A stretch of 59,827 nucleotides of DNA from the NCBI GenBank assembly GCA_949295285.1, contig CASFKI010000018.1, positions 1 through 59,827 on the forward strand, written 5' to 3'. Positions 17,126 through 27,864 of the stretch are shown here, one piece after another (position 1 is the first letter of the stretch; each line of letters opens with the position of its first letter). The stretch comes from an uncultured bacterium (lineage in GTDB: Bacteria > Bacillota_I > Bacilli_A > RF39 > UBA660). Under the pieces are notes generated by a model, which saw only the letters and a list, made by a program, of their open reading frames with translations, was not told the DNA's origin and made no database searches. The translations under genes were made by a program, and so were the position numbers.

Positions 17126-17788
17126 CTAGAGATTTCTTAATTTTTTTTCTTTGAAATTAGAATCCAAATAATTTATTCTATTTAATATTTCTTTATAAAT
17201 ATTATCATATATAATTACTCGATTAACTATACTATTTAATTTATAAAAAATTTCTTTGGATTTATTACTATCATATTCTTTTCTTACTACATAATATTTT
17301 TCTCTTAAAAATTGGGATTTTCTAATATATATAATTTTTAATCTATTTAAATATTCTATATCAGTTGTATTATTTATTATATCTAATATTGTTTCATTAT
17401 TAGTATTATTTTTATTATAAATATATGATTTTATTTTATCGTTTGTTTTTGTTATAAAACCTTTAGCTTTATCTTTATAATCTATTTTTTTAATTTCTAC
17501 ATTATTATTTGAATTTTCAATCAATTTAAGTTTAAATAATTTTTCTCTTCTAATTTTTGCATATTCTTTATTAGAAATTAAGACTAATTTTAAGCCGCGA
17601 TATAAATTATAAAATGGTATTAATATATAAAAATAATCTTTAATAAAACTAAGATATTTAGTTGTATCATCTCTATGATCTTCTAAAATTAAGTATCCTT
17701 CTTTTTCAATAATTTTTTTTGCTTGGCAATTTTTATATATTTGAATTCCAGATGTAATTAATGAAAATAAAATAAAATTTTCAAACAT
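17126..17788 (-). CDS. Membrane protein (220 aa), paralogous in its N-terminal module to the 12744-13427 product
   Basis: TM1 followed by KEGY...IPFYN and a coiled C-terminal half. Its own terminator hairpin is at 17116-17135. Confidence 0.6.
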   Translation of the reverse strand: MFENFILFSLITSGIQIYKNCQAKKIIEKEGYLILEDHRDDTTKYLSFIKDYFYILIPFYNLYRGLKLVLISNKEYAKIRREKLFKLKLIENSNNNVEIKKIDYKDKAKGFITKTNDKIKSYIYNKNNTNNETILDIINNTTDIEYLNRLKIIYIRKSQFLREKYYVVRKEYDSNKSKEIFYKLNSIVNRVIIYDNIYKEILNRINYLDSNFKEKKLRNL

Positions 17789-17918
17789 AAAACTTTCTAC
17801 TCCTCTCCTAAATATGCATTATATTTTACAAAAAAATGATTAATAAGTCAAACTAATAATTCAATATTGGCTTGAAAAAATAGTGAAAATTTGTTAAAAT
17901 TACTTGGGGCGAAAGAGT

Positions 17919-18470
17919 ATGATTTATCAAAATGATATATTAGATGAAAAAAAAGCTAAAATATTAAGAGAAAAAAGCGATGAAGTTACATTTCCTATGA
18001 ATGAAGATGATATTCTTAACTTAAATAGCATGATTATGTATTTAAGAGTTACTCAAGATGAAGAATATGCCCAAAGAAAAAATTTAAGAGCTGGAATGGG
18101 TCTTGCGGCTATACAACTTGGAATAAAAAAAAGATATTTTGTAATTTCATATAAAAATGATGATGGTACATTTGAAGAATACAAAGTAATTAATCCTAAA
18201 ATAATTAGTAATTCTGAAGAATTAATTTATGTTGAAGAAGGAGAAGGATGTCTTAGTGTTAATAGATATGTTGAAGGTATTGTACCAAGATATGCTAGAA
18301 TTACAGTTGAATACTATGATGAATTTGGAAATAAAATAATTAAAAGATTAAGAGAAGAAATATCAATAGCATTTCAACATGAAATAGATCATTTAAACGG
18401 AATATTATTCATAGATAAAATAGATAAGAAAAATCCATATAAAAATATAGAAAATATGAGAGCTATATAG
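17919..18470 (+). CDS. def: Peptide deformylase
   Basis: GLAAIQLG, EGCLSV and HEIDHLNG motifs. The track ORF opens at TTG 17904, but ATG 17919 is more plausible. Confidence 0.9.
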   Translation: MIYQNDILDEKKAKILREKSDEVTFPMNEDDILNLNSMIMYLRVTQDEEYAQRKNLRAGMGLAAIQLGIKKRYFVISYKNDDGTFEEYKVINPKIISNSEELIYVEEGEGCLSVNRYVEGIVPRYARITVEYYDEFGNKIIKRLREEISIAFQHEIDHLNGILFIDKIDKKNPYKNIENMRAI

Positions 18471-18511
18471 TAAACTATATATTATTAAAATTATGGTAGT
18501 TTACTTTTTTT
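18470..18511 (+). terminator. Intrinsic terminator after def
   Basis: GTAAACTA / TAGTTTAC stem followed by T7. Confidence 0.6.
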
Positions 18512-18544
18512 ATATTTTTTAGTAAAATTATACTAGGTGAAAAT

Positions 18545-19441
18545 ATGAATAAGGGTAACAAAAGATTATTTTTTTATATAATAACTTTTTTATTATTTTT
18601 AATTTTTACAATTATTGGCTATTTATTATATAATAGTGGTTATGGAAAATATGGACAAATTAAAGAAGAATTAACTCCTATTATAAATACATTCAATAAT
18701 CTAAATTTAGTTAAAAATAATACTGATACTATTAAAGCAAAATTAAACAAAGATCGATTAAAAATAACTTATATTAATTATGAAAAAAAATATGTATTTT
18801 ATGCTAATTATAATAAAACTGCTGATTTAAGATTATTAGAATTAGAATATGATGTTAATAATTCTTCTGTTGGTGAATTTATAGGTAGTTTACTTTTGGA
18901 TTCAATTAGTATCTTAAATAATAATAAAGAAGGTGAATTATTTAATACCATTGTTTTTGATGATTTGTATAAAATAAATTCACTTCAAGGTGCATCACTA
19001 TCAATCAGAGGAAATACAGTAAACTTAATTATTAATATAGATACTAATTTATTACAAAATATTAAAGATTTAAATTTAACTGATGTAGAAATTAAATTTA
19101 TTACTAGCAATGATATTGATAATTTAAATAATGTATTAAATGATCATAAAAATTTTAACTATATTAAAAAGGATATTATTTTAGAAATAATTAATACTAA
19201 TGATAAATACGTAATATATTGCTCAAATAATGAAGAAAATTATGATGATATATTTGAAAGTATTCTATCGTCTATCAGCATATTATCCCCTATTGTTTAT
19301 GATGATATTATTAAAAATAATTATAATATTAATTTAGGATTTGAAACTAATACATATAAATTAGAAGTAAATCCAAATATTGACAAATCTAATTTAATAG
19401 CTAATGGTAAATATCTTATGAAATTAACTTTAAATAAATAA
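18545..19441 (+). CDS. Membrane-anchored hypothetical protein (298 aa)
   Basis: GGTGA SD and an N-terminal TM helix FFYIITFLLFLIFTIIGYLL. No recognisable domain. Confidence 0.6.
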   Translation: MNKGNKRLFFYIITFLLFLIFTIIGYLLYNSGYGKYGQIKEELTPIINTFNNLNLVKNNTDTIKAKLNKDRLKITYINYEKKYVFYANYNKTADLRLLELEYDVNNSSVGEFIGSLLLDSISILNNNKEGELFNTIVFDDLYKINSLQGASLSIRGNTVNLIINIDTNLLQNIKDLNLTDVEIKFITSNDIDNLNNVLNDHKNFNYIKKDIILEIINTNDKYVIYCSNNEENYDDIFESILSSISILSPIVYDDIIKNNYNINLGFETNTYKLEVNPNIDKSNLIANGKYLMKLTLNK

Positions 19442-19467
19442 AGGATTGATATATATCAATCCTTTTT
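19439..19467. terminator. Bidirectional terminator (perfect 24-nt palindrome)
   Basis: AAGGATTGATAT|ATATCAATCCTT followed by T-tracts, between convergent genes. Confidence 0.7.
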
Positions 19468-22396
19468 AATCTTCTAATTTAACACTAACTAGTTTACTTA
19501 CTCCAGATTCTTGCATTGTAATTCCATATAATCTATCTAAAAATTCCATTGTTTTCTTTTTATGTGTAATTACCAATAATTGAGTTTTGTTTTTATAATT
19601 ATGCAAATATTCTCCAAATATAGTAGCATTATTTTCATCTAATGCACTTTCTACCTCATCTAATATTACAAATGGAACATCTTCAAGATTCATAATTGAA
19701 AATAATAAGCTAATTGCAGTCATGGTTCTCTCACCACCAGATAAAAGACTAAGAGGTTTTAATGTTTTTCCTGGTGGTATTGCAATAATATCTACTCCTG
19801 TTTGTAATATGTCATTTGGATCTGTTAATTCAAGATGAGCATTTCCACCCTTAAATAATGTTTTAAAAACATTAGAAAATTCTCTATTAATATTATTAAA
19901 GGAAGTAATAAATTTAGTCTTCATTTCTTTATCCATTTCATCGATTATATTTAATAAATCCTTTTCACTATTTTCTAAATCTTCTTTTTGTTTAGTTAAA
20001 AAAGTAACTCTTTTATATACTCTATCATATTCATCAATAGACCTTAAATTAACATCCCCTAATGACTTAATCTTTCTTCTTAAAATGTTTACCTTTTCCC
20101 TAGCAATATCTTCTTCTATTTCAAGTAAATACTCTCTTTTAGCTCTTTCATATCCTAAATTATAATCTTCATTCAATCTATTTAATAAATTATCTAAATT
20201 AATATTTAATTTAGTAATAGAAATCTCAAGAGAATTAATTTCATTAACGATATTATTATATTCATTATTATTTTTCTTAATTGATGTTTCTAATTCAGTC
20301 AAATGATTATTCAATTCGAATCTATGTTTATTATAAATATCTAATGTTTTTTCTAATTCTACTTTATTTTTTTCATGTTCATAATAATCATTAATAACAA
20401 TTTCTAATTCTTTATCTAATGTATTATCTGTTAAATTGTTAATTTCATCATTAACACTATTATATTCATTATTTAATTTCTCATATAAATCGGTTTTATT
20501 ATTAAGTATTTCCTTATTTTTTATTATTTCTATATTTAGATTATAAATATTATCTTTAATATTTTTTAATTCATTATCTAATATTTTAATATTTTCCTCA
20601 TACTCATTTATTTCATTATTTATTGGCTCTATAGTATCTAATAGTTTGTCTAATTCATATTTGTCTATAATATATGAATTATTTTGTCTTGTACTTCCAC
20701 CAGTAATAATACCACCTATATGAATAATTTCTCCATCTATAGAAACCACTTTATATTTATGATTAATTTTTTTACTTATTGCAATTGCATTTGCTATATT
20801 ATCAGCAACTACTATATTACCAAGCTGATTCATTATAATATTATAATATTTAGAGTCATATGTCACTAAATCGTTTAAAGTAGATACAAACCCTGGCATA
20901 TTTTTAATCAATGTAAGAGTTTGAGGATCTATACTTCTTGGTTTTATTACATTTAATGGAAAGAATGTTGCTCTTCCTTTAGCATGGCGTTTTAAGTAAT
21001 CTATTGCTTCTTTAGCACAACTTTCATCATCAACAATAATATTATTCATAGATGAAGATATTGCGACTTCTAACATAGGAATATATTCATTCTTAGTTTC
21101 TATAATATTTCCTAATATATTATGTATACCTCTTAATGTTGGATTATTAATTATTGCTTTAACACTATATGGAATCTTATTCATATTTAATAAATTATTT
21201 TGTAATATATCAATTTTATTTTGTACCTCATTTAATTCTTTATGTTTATTTTCTAAATTAAAATTTTCTTTTTCTCTCTCATTATTTACTTCATTATATT
21301 TATTATTTAATGAAACTAATTTATTATGTTGACTTTCAGATAAATCATTACACTCTTTTATATCTATATTTATACAAGTAATATTATTATTTAATACGCC
21401 CAATCTATCCTTCAATGAAATTAAATTATTTTTAATTTCATTTGATTCTTTATCATATTTATTTCTTTCAGTTAATAAAGTCTTTTTATTACTCAACTCT
21501 ATTAAATTTTCATTGATTTTAAATATAGAATTACTTGTATTTTTAATTTTTTCATCTAAATTTAATAAATTAAGTTTAATCTTTTCAACTTCAGTATTTT
21601 CATTAGTAGAATTAGAGTTTAATTTAGACAGTTTATCTTCTAGTTTAATTTTGATATTATTATCATTTTCTAATTTTTCACTACAAGTTGTTATATCTTT
21701 AGCAATAAGAGCAATTTCTACATTTTCTAATTCTTCTAATGCTTTTTTATATTCTCTTGCCTTCTTAGCTTCTTCTTCTAATAAATTTAAATTTTCAGAA
21801 TTTTCTCTTATAATCAAATTTATTTTTTCTACATTTTCATGAGTTTTTGATAATTTAGATAAACTCTCCTCCTTCCTTTTTTTATACTTTAAAACTCCGG
21901 CCGCATCTTCAAAAATAATTCTTCTTTCTTCAGGTTTTTCGCTTAGTATTTGATCTATTTTATTTTGAGGAATTATATTAAATGATTCTTTACTAGATTT
22001 AGAATCTAAAAATAAATTAGTAATATCTTTAAGTCTACACTTATCATTATTTATAAAATATTCATTTTCACCGGTTTTATAGACTATTCTTTTAATAGAA
22101 ACTTCATTATAATCAATATTTAATTTTCTAAGTGAATTATCAAATACTATACAAACAGATGCGTATGATGATGGCATTCTTGATGATGAACCACTAAATA
22201 TTACATCACTCATATTATTACTTGCTCTTAAAGATTTTATACTTTGCTCACCTAATACCCATTTAATAGCATCTACTATATTTGATTTTCCACTACCATT
22301 TGGACCAACAATACCAGTAAATGTTTTATCAAGTTCCAAAGTTACTTTATCAGCAAAACTTTTAAATCCATTTATAATAATTTCTTTAATATACAT
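19466..22396 (-). CDS. smc: Chromosome partition protein Smc (short, 976 aa)
   Basis: N-terminal Walker A GPNGSGKSN, central hinge (...GRATFFPLN...), C-terminal LSGGE signature and Walker B ILDEVESALD. Confidence 0.9.
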   Translation of the reverse strand: MYIKEIIINGFKSFADKVTLELDKTFTGIVGPNGSGKSNIVDAIKWVLGEQSIKSLRASNNMSDVIFSGSSSRMPSSYASVCIVFDNSLRKLNIDYNEVSIKRIVYKTGENEYFINNDKCRLKDITNLFLDSKSSKESFNIIPQNKIDQILSEKPEERRIIFEDAAGVLKYKKRKEESLSKLSKTHENVEKINLIIRENSENLNLLEEEAKKAREYKKALEELENVEIALIAKDITTCSEKLENDNNIKIKLEDKLSKLNSNSTNENTEVEKIKLNLLNLDEKIKNTSNSIFKINENLIELSNKKTLLTERNKYDKESNEIKNNLISLKDRLGVLNNNITCINIDIKECNDLSESQHNKLVSLNNKYNEVNNEREKENFNLENKHKELNEVQNKIDILQNNLLNMNKIPYSVKAIINNPTLRGIHNILGNIIETKNEYIPMLEVAISSSMNNIIVDDESCAKEAIDYLKRHAKGRATFFPLNVIKPRSIDPQTLTLIKNMPGFVSTLNDLVTYDSKYYNIIMNQLGNIVVADNIANAIAISKKINHKYKVVSIDGEIIHIGGIITGGSTRQNNSYIIDKYELDKLLDTIEPINNEINEYEENIKILDNELKNIKDNIYNLNIEIIKNKEILNNKTDLYEKLNNEYNSVNDEINNLTDNTLDKELEIVINDYYEHEKNKVELEKTLDIYNKHRFELNNHLTELETSIKKNNNEYNNIVNEINSLEISITKLNINLDNLLNRLNEDYNLGYERAKREYLLEIEEDIAREKVNILRRKIKSLGDVNLRSIDEYDRVYKRVTFLTKQKEDLENSEKDLLNIIDEMDKEMKTKFITSFNNINREFSNVFKTLFKGGNAHLELTDPNDILQTGVDIIAIPPGKTLKPLSLLSGGERTMTAISLLFSIMNLEDVPFVILDEVESALDENNATIFGEYLHNYKNKTQLLVITHKKKTMEFLDRLYGITMQESGVSKLVSVKLED

Positions 22397-22445
22397 ATAA
22401 TCACGCTTTCTATCAAATTATTAAAAGACAAGTAAAAAATTTACT

Positions 22446-23453
22446 TTATTCTAATATAAAATTCAATTTTTCACTTATCGTATTTTTATCAGAAATTAAA
22501 TTTCTTGTTTCTTCATCTTTTATATATACTTTAGTTAGTAGTCTATTATTACCAAATAAACTATTTATATTAGCATCTTCATTAATATTAAAACTTTGCA
22601 TATCAATACTTCTTACATTAGCATTATTAAACATATAACTCATATTTTCAACTTTACTTGTATCAAATGATTTTAAATCAATGTCTTTACTACCATGATA
22701 ATAATAAAACATATAACTCATATCAATAACATTTCTTGTATCAAAATTTGAAAAATCACTTTCATACATATAACTTGTAAATAAATTTTTCATAGATATT
22801 ACTGGTTCATCATTAATTGTAGTGCATGGATTAACTTTTCCAATATATTCTTCATTTCTATTTATAATTGATACTCCCCATCCTTTTGTTTCTCCATCAT
22901 TTAATACCCATTCAACATCTGGAGTAATATCATTAGGATTAACCATTTCTAAATGATAATTATATTTATATTCAAACATACCATCTATATAAACATCTCC
23001 ATCATTTAATGTAGTATGTTGTGCGTCTATACAATTATTTCCATTACTAAACATAACACTATTACAAGAATAATATGGATATTTATCATTAATTATATCT
23101 TCTTCATTAATCAAATTAACATCAAATTTTTCATCTTTCATAATATAATATTTATCATTACCAACAGCAAACTTATCAATATTCTTATTTTCATCTAATA
23201 TTATACAATATTTTAATTCATCATCTTCAATTATTTCAATTTTATTTGTATATTTAGAATATAAATCTATATTTGTATTATCATTATTAGATACATAATT
23301 ATAAATATCTTTAATTTGAGAAATAAATAATAATGATTTTATTTTATTATATTTATCTGAGATACTAAAGAAAAATATTATTATCATAAACAATACTACT
23401 ATTATAATTAAAAGAAAATGGATGAAAGTGAATTCAAATTTTTTATTTTTCAT
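22446..23453 (-). CDS. Membrane-anchored surface protein with a BspA/DUF285-type repeat domain (335 aa)
   Basis: N-terminal TM helix. The C-terminus has repeated ..F....V.(D/N)MSYMF.. units (DMSYMFYYY, NMSYMFNNA, NSLFGNN). Confidence 0.6.
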   Translation of the reverse strand: MKNKKFEFTFIHFLLIIIVVLFMIIIFFFSISDKYNKIKSLLFISQIKDIYNYVSNNDNTNIDLYSKYTNKIEIIEDDELKYCIILDENKNIDKFAVGNDKYYIMKDEKFDVNLINEEDIINDKYPYYSCNSVMFSNGNNCIDAQHTTLNDGDVYIDGMFEYKYNYHLEMVNPNDITPDVEWVLNDGETKGWGVSIINRNEEYIGKVNPCTTINDEPVISMKNLFTSYMYESDFSNFDTRNVIDMSYMFYYYHGSKDIDLKSFDTSKVENMSYMFNNANVRSIDMQSFNINEDANINSLFGNNRLLTKVYIKDEETRNLISDKNTISEKLNFILE

Positions 23454-23493
23454 ATTTTTACCTCTATATCATATATATTTTATCATAAAACAA

Positions 23494-24372
23494 TTATTTA
23501 ATATAGTTTTTTATTTCACCCAATGTAATATTAATATCATCATAATTGACATCAAACCATTTTATATCATTCATTTGATTTTTAAACCATGTTATTTGTC
23601 TTTTTGCATAGTGTCTTGAATCTTTTTTAATTTTATCTTTTGCTTCATCTAAAGAAATATTTCCCTTAAAATAATCTATTAATTCTTTGTATCCAATAAT
23701 TGTATCATAATTTTTATAATTTAAATCATATAATAGTTTTGCTTCATTTAATAAACCATCTTCAAACATCTCATCAACTCTTTGATTAATTCTATCATAT
23801 AACAATTGTTTATCTGTTTTAAGACCAATAGATATAAAATTATATAGTTTTTCATTTATATTATTAGTTTTAGTAATAATTTTACCACTACTCTCATAAT
23901 GCAACAAATATCTTTCTAATCTTTGCCTATTATTTACATGGATATCATTTTTTCCATATATATTATCTATTATTTTTTTTAATTCTTCATTAGTATATTT
24001 AGAATAATCCTTAATAATATTTTTATCTTTTTCTAATTCATAATTATAAAGTAATGCTTTTACATATAATCCAGATCCACCCACTATTACTATATTTTTA
24101 TTTTCACTAATTAATCTATTTAATATTTTTCTTCCATCTTTTTGAAATTTATATATATTATATTCATCGTTTAACGAACATGCATCTACCATATGATGTT
24201 TAATATTATCCATTTCTTCTTTAGTTACTTTTGCAGTTGCAATTTGAGGTTCTTTATATATATATCTTGAATCAGCATTTATTATTTCAGCGTTTAAATA
24301 TTTAGCAATTTTAATTGAAATATTTGTTTTACCTACCCCAGTAGGACCAACAATTAATATTATTTTATTCAT
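23494..24372 (-). CDS. miaA: tRNA dimethylallyltransferase
   Basis: IVGPTGVGKT P-loop plus INADSRYIYK. 292 aa. Confidence 0.9.
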   Translation of the reverse strand: MNKIILIVGPTGVGKTNISIKIAKYLNAEIINADSRYIYKEPQIATAKVTKEEMDNIKHHMVDACSLNDEYNIYKFQKDGRKILNRLISENKNIVIVGGSGLYVKALLYNYELEKDKNIIKDYSKYTNEELKKIIDNIYGKNDIHVNNRQRLERYLLHYESSGKIITKTNNINEKLYNFISIGLKTDKQLLYDRINQRVDEMFEDGLLNEAKLLYDLNYKNYDTIIGYKELIDYFKGNISLDEAKDKIKKDSRHYAKRQITWFKNQMNDIKWFDVNYDDINITLGEIKNYIK

Positions 24373-24384
24373 AATTACTCCTTA

Positions 24385-26163
24385 TTAATTAACTCTCTTA
24401 AATAACTTTTCAAGTTCATATTTAGGATATTTTATAATAGTCGGCCTACCATGAGGACATGTATATGGAAATTCGCATTTAAATAAATCATTTAAAAGTC
24501 TTTCTTGCTCATTATACCCAATAAATGTATTTGCTTTGACACTCATTTTGCAAGCCAATCTAATAGCAGCTTTTTCATTAAATTTAATTCTATCAAATTT
24601 ATCTTTAAATTCTCCCATTAACTCAAATATTCTCTTAGTGCTTTCGATTTCATAACCTTCTTTTAACCATGTTGGATGTGCAGTCACTCTAAAAGTATTA
24701 CTACCAAATTCACTTACATCAAAACCAAGAGCTTTTATGTTTTCTAAATTTGATAATATATTCATAAATTCATTATGCGAATATTCTAGTTGTAATGGAA
24801 TGAGCATCCCTATTTTATATGATTTATCGTCTTTTAATGCTTTTAAATATTTTTCATAATTAATTCTTTCATTGGCAGCATGAATATCTATCATATACAT
24901 AATATCTTCATCTTGTGCAATTAAATAAGTTCCAAGAGCTAATCCAACTGGTTTAACTAATATTTTATTCTTATCATAATCTTCTTCATTATAGATAATA
25001 TTATCCTCAGATACATTAAAAGACACACGAAGATTTTCTATTTTTTGTGGTTTTGATTCTTCTTCAATATTTTCTTCAATTACTGGGGCATTATATACTC
25101 TAATTGAACTATTACTATATACATTGTCTTGTTTTATATCCTCAACTATATTAGTTTCACTATAACCTTTAAATATATTATTTGCTTTATATAAAACATC
25201 TTTAATTGTATTAAATAATAATTCACTTAAACTCTCTAACTTAGAAAATTTAATATCTTGTTTAGTAGGATGAATATTTACATCTATTAAAGTAGGATCC
25301 GTTTGTATAAAAATAACGACTATTGGATATTTATTTTCTGCAAGTATTGTATGATATGCATCTTTAATAGTTCTATTTACATTAACATTAGTCACAACTC
25401 TTTCATTAACAAATGTTACCATACTATTTTTATTAGATTTTTGAATATTTAAGTTACTTATATAACCATATATACTATAATCGTAATTTTCAGCTTCTAT
25501 TTTAATCATGTTTTTAGTAATATTATAACCAAATATTTCATGTATTGTTTTATATAAATCATTACTACCACTAGTTTTAATTAACTCTTTATTATCATTT
25601 ATTAAAGTAAATGATATATTGGGATGAGATAAAGCAATTTTTTCGATAAAGTCAATGCAATGAAATAATTCAGTATTTAAACTTTTCATAAATTTAAGTC
25701 TTGCTGGTGTATTGTAAAACAATTCTCTTACTTCAATAGTAGTTCCTATTTTTAAACTACCTACTTCTTCATTAATAATATTACCAAATTTAATATTTAT
25801 TTTAGTTGATTCATTTGAATCATATGTATCTAAAATTATATTAGAAACACTACTAATAGCTGCTAATGCTTCACCTCTAAATCCAAGAGTAGAAATAAAA
25901 AATAAATCATTTTCATTATGTATTTTACTAGTAGCATGCCTACTAAAACATAATTTAGCATCCTCATAAGACATACCACATCCATCATCAACAACTTTAA
26001 TTAATTTAATTCCAGATTCTAGCAGTTCTATTTTAATATTTTTACTTTGAGCATCAATACTATTTTCAACTAATTCTTTAACTACATTAGCAATTCTCTC
26101 AACAACTTCTCCTGCTGCAATTTTATTTGCTAAATTTTCAGACATAACACTAATTTTATTCAT
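24385..26163 (-). CDS. mutL: DNA mismatch repair protein MutL
   Basis: NKIAAGEVVERIANVVKELVENSIDA GHKL ATPase N-terminus and a C-terminal dimerisation domain. Confidence 0.9.
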   Translation of the reverse strand: MNKISVMSENLANKIAAGEVVERIANVVKELVENSIDAQSKNIKIELLESGIKLIKVVDDGCGMSYEDAKLCFSRHATSKIHNENDLFFISTLGFRGEALAAISSVSNIILDTYDSNESTKINIKFGNIINEEVGSLKIGTTIEVRELFYNTPARLKFMKSLNTELFHCIDFIEKIALSHPNISFTLINDNKELIKTSGSNDLYKTIHEIFGYNITKNMIKIEAENYDYSIYGYISNLNIQKSNKNSMVTFVNERVVTNVNVNRTIKDAYHTILAENKYPIVVIFIQTDPTLIDVNIHPTKQDIKFSKLESLSELLFNTIKDVLYKANNIFKGYSETNIVEDIKQDNVYSNSSIRVYNAPVIEENIEEESKPQKIENLRVSFNVSEDNIIYNEEDYDKNKILVKPVGLALGTYLIAQDEDIMYMIDIHAANERINYEKYLKALKDDKSYKIGMLIPLQLEYSHNEFMNILSNLENIKALGFDVSEFGSNTFRVTAHPTWLKEGYEIESTKRIFELMGEFKDKFDRIKFNEKAAIRLACKMSVKANTFIGYNEQERLLNDLFKCEFPYTCPHGRPTIIKYPKYELEKLFKRVN

Positions 26164-27168
26164 TTAAATCATACTCTTTCTTATACTAACTAATTTACTA
26201 TCTAAAACATATAATTTAACACTACCAACTCTACTAATTCTAATAAATCCAAGCCCATTAATCAATATATCAGTTGGTTCATTTATATCTATATTTATAT
26301 TTTGTAATATTCTTAATTTATCATTTTTACTTTTAATTTTTTCATATCTTAATTTATCACTCATATAAAAACTAAAACTATTAAACTTATTAGATATATT
26401 TTCAATTCTTAATATATCATTTATTACTATTGAATAAAAACTTCTAACTTGAAATGTTTTAACTTTAATTTCTTTTTTAGGATAAAATTTAATAGTTTTT
26501 TTATATTCTATAAAATTATATATAGCATTGTTATCTATAAAACCGGGTGTATCAACAACTGTAAATTTATTAGTTAATTTAATTGTTATATAAGATGCAG
26601 TTGTATTTGGCACAAAACTAGTTGTAATAGTTGGTACTTTTAAATTACTAGTAAGTAAATGATTTATAAAAGTACTTTTACCACTATTTGTAAATCCAAC
26701 TATATATAATCTTCTTACATTATCTTTTCTCATTAATTCTAAGAATTCATCCATATGATAATTTTTAACTGAACTAATGCACATTATCTTATCAGTATTA
26801 CATATATTATTTTTAACATATTCAATCAATTTTTTTTCTTTAATACTCTTAGGTAATATATCTTTTTTAGTAATTAATATATATTTATTATTTTTAAATC
26901 TATTTATATATTTTTTAACATTTTCATTTATATTTAATGCATCAACTAAAAAAGCAACACTAGAAAGATTATCGCTATTTATATTCCTAATAATTCCATC
27001 AGTGTCTATCTTTTTGTCTAAAACACTATATTCACCATAGTGAATAATTTTAAAACACCTTTCACAATATGATGCCTTATCATACATACTTAGTTTAATA
27101 AATCCCTCTTTATTTACATTATCATATTGCAAAGTACACCCACAACCTATGCATTTCTTTTTATTCAT
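26164..27168 (-). CDS. yqeH: Ribosome biogenesis GTPase YqeH
   Basis: N-terminal CxGCG...CxRC zinc finger and circularly permuted G motifs (TKKD ... GFTNSGKST). Confidence 0.85.
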   Translation of the reverse strand: MNKKKCIGCGCTLQYDNVNKEGFIKLSMYDKASYCERCFKIIHYGEYSVLDKKIDTDGIIRNINSDNLSSVAFLVDALNINENVKKYINRFKNNKYILITKKDILPKSIKEKKLIEYVKNNICNTDKIMCISSVKNYHMDEFLELMRKDNVRRLYIVGFTNSGKSTFINHLLTSNLKVPTITTSFVPNTTASYITIKLTNKFTVVDTPGFIDNNAIYNFIEYKKTIKFYPKKEIKVKTFQVRSFYSIVINDILRIENISNKFNSFSFYMSDKLRYEKIKSKNDKLRILQNINIDINEPTDILINGLGFIRISRVGSVKLYVLDSKLVSIRKSMI

Positions 27169-27685
27169 AATATTTTCCCCTTATTAATAAATCTTTTTTA
27201 TTTAATCTATCATATATAAACTTCTCAATTATTCTATTAATAATTGTAATACTATAGTCTCTTGAAGATAGCGGATTTACTAATATACTAGTTATATCTA
27301 ATTTATTAGCACCATATATATCTGTTAATAATTGATCTCCTACCGCTGCTATTTCAGATGATTTATATTTAAACTTATTCATAATTCTAATATATTTATT
27401 TTTATTTGGTTTTAACGAAAAAGCACAAGCATCTACACACAATTCGTTTTTAAATGGTTCTACTCTATATTTAGGAGCATTTGATACAATTATTAATTTA
27501 AATCCCATATCTTTTAATGTATCAAACAATCTTTTTAATTTTTTAGTTGGTTTGTTTACATGACTAGGTGTTATTGTATTATCTACATCAAATAGTATAC
27601 ACCTAATACCCTTTTTATATAATTTTTCATAATTTATATAGTAAATACTTTTTTCATAAATATCAGGTACAAAATTTTCTATCAT
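27161..27685 (-). CDS. yqeG: YqeG-family HAD phosphatase
   Basis: ILFDVDNTI (DxDxT) motif. 174 aa. Overlaps yqeH by 8 nt. Confidence 0.8.
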   Translation of the reverse strand: MIENFVPDIYEKSIYYINYEKLYKKGIRCILFDVDNTITPSHVNKPTKKLKRLFDTLKDMGFKLIIVSNAPKYRVEPFKNELCVDACAFSLKPNKNKYIRIMNKFKYKSSEIAAVGDQLLTDIYGANKLDITSILVNPLSSRDYSITIINRIIEKFIYDRLNKKDLLIRGKYYE

Positions 27686-27832
27686 ACTACACTTCCTTAA
27701 CTAAAATTATATCAATTTTTATAGATAAAAAAAAGATATAAATTATATCATCATATATCTTCTATTAAAATTTATTTCTTAATATTTAATTATAAATATC
27801 TTTTTTGTTTAATTTAGTACTATAAATGTACT

Positions 27833-27858
27833 AAAAAACAGAGAATATTATTTTCTCT
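27833..27858 (-). terminator. Intrinsic terminator ending the alr/ATP-grasp/flippase operon
   Basis: Minus-strand RNA reads AGAGAA-AAUAAUA-UUCUCU followed by GUUUUUU. Confidence 0.6.
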
Positions 27859-27864
27859 ATTTTA

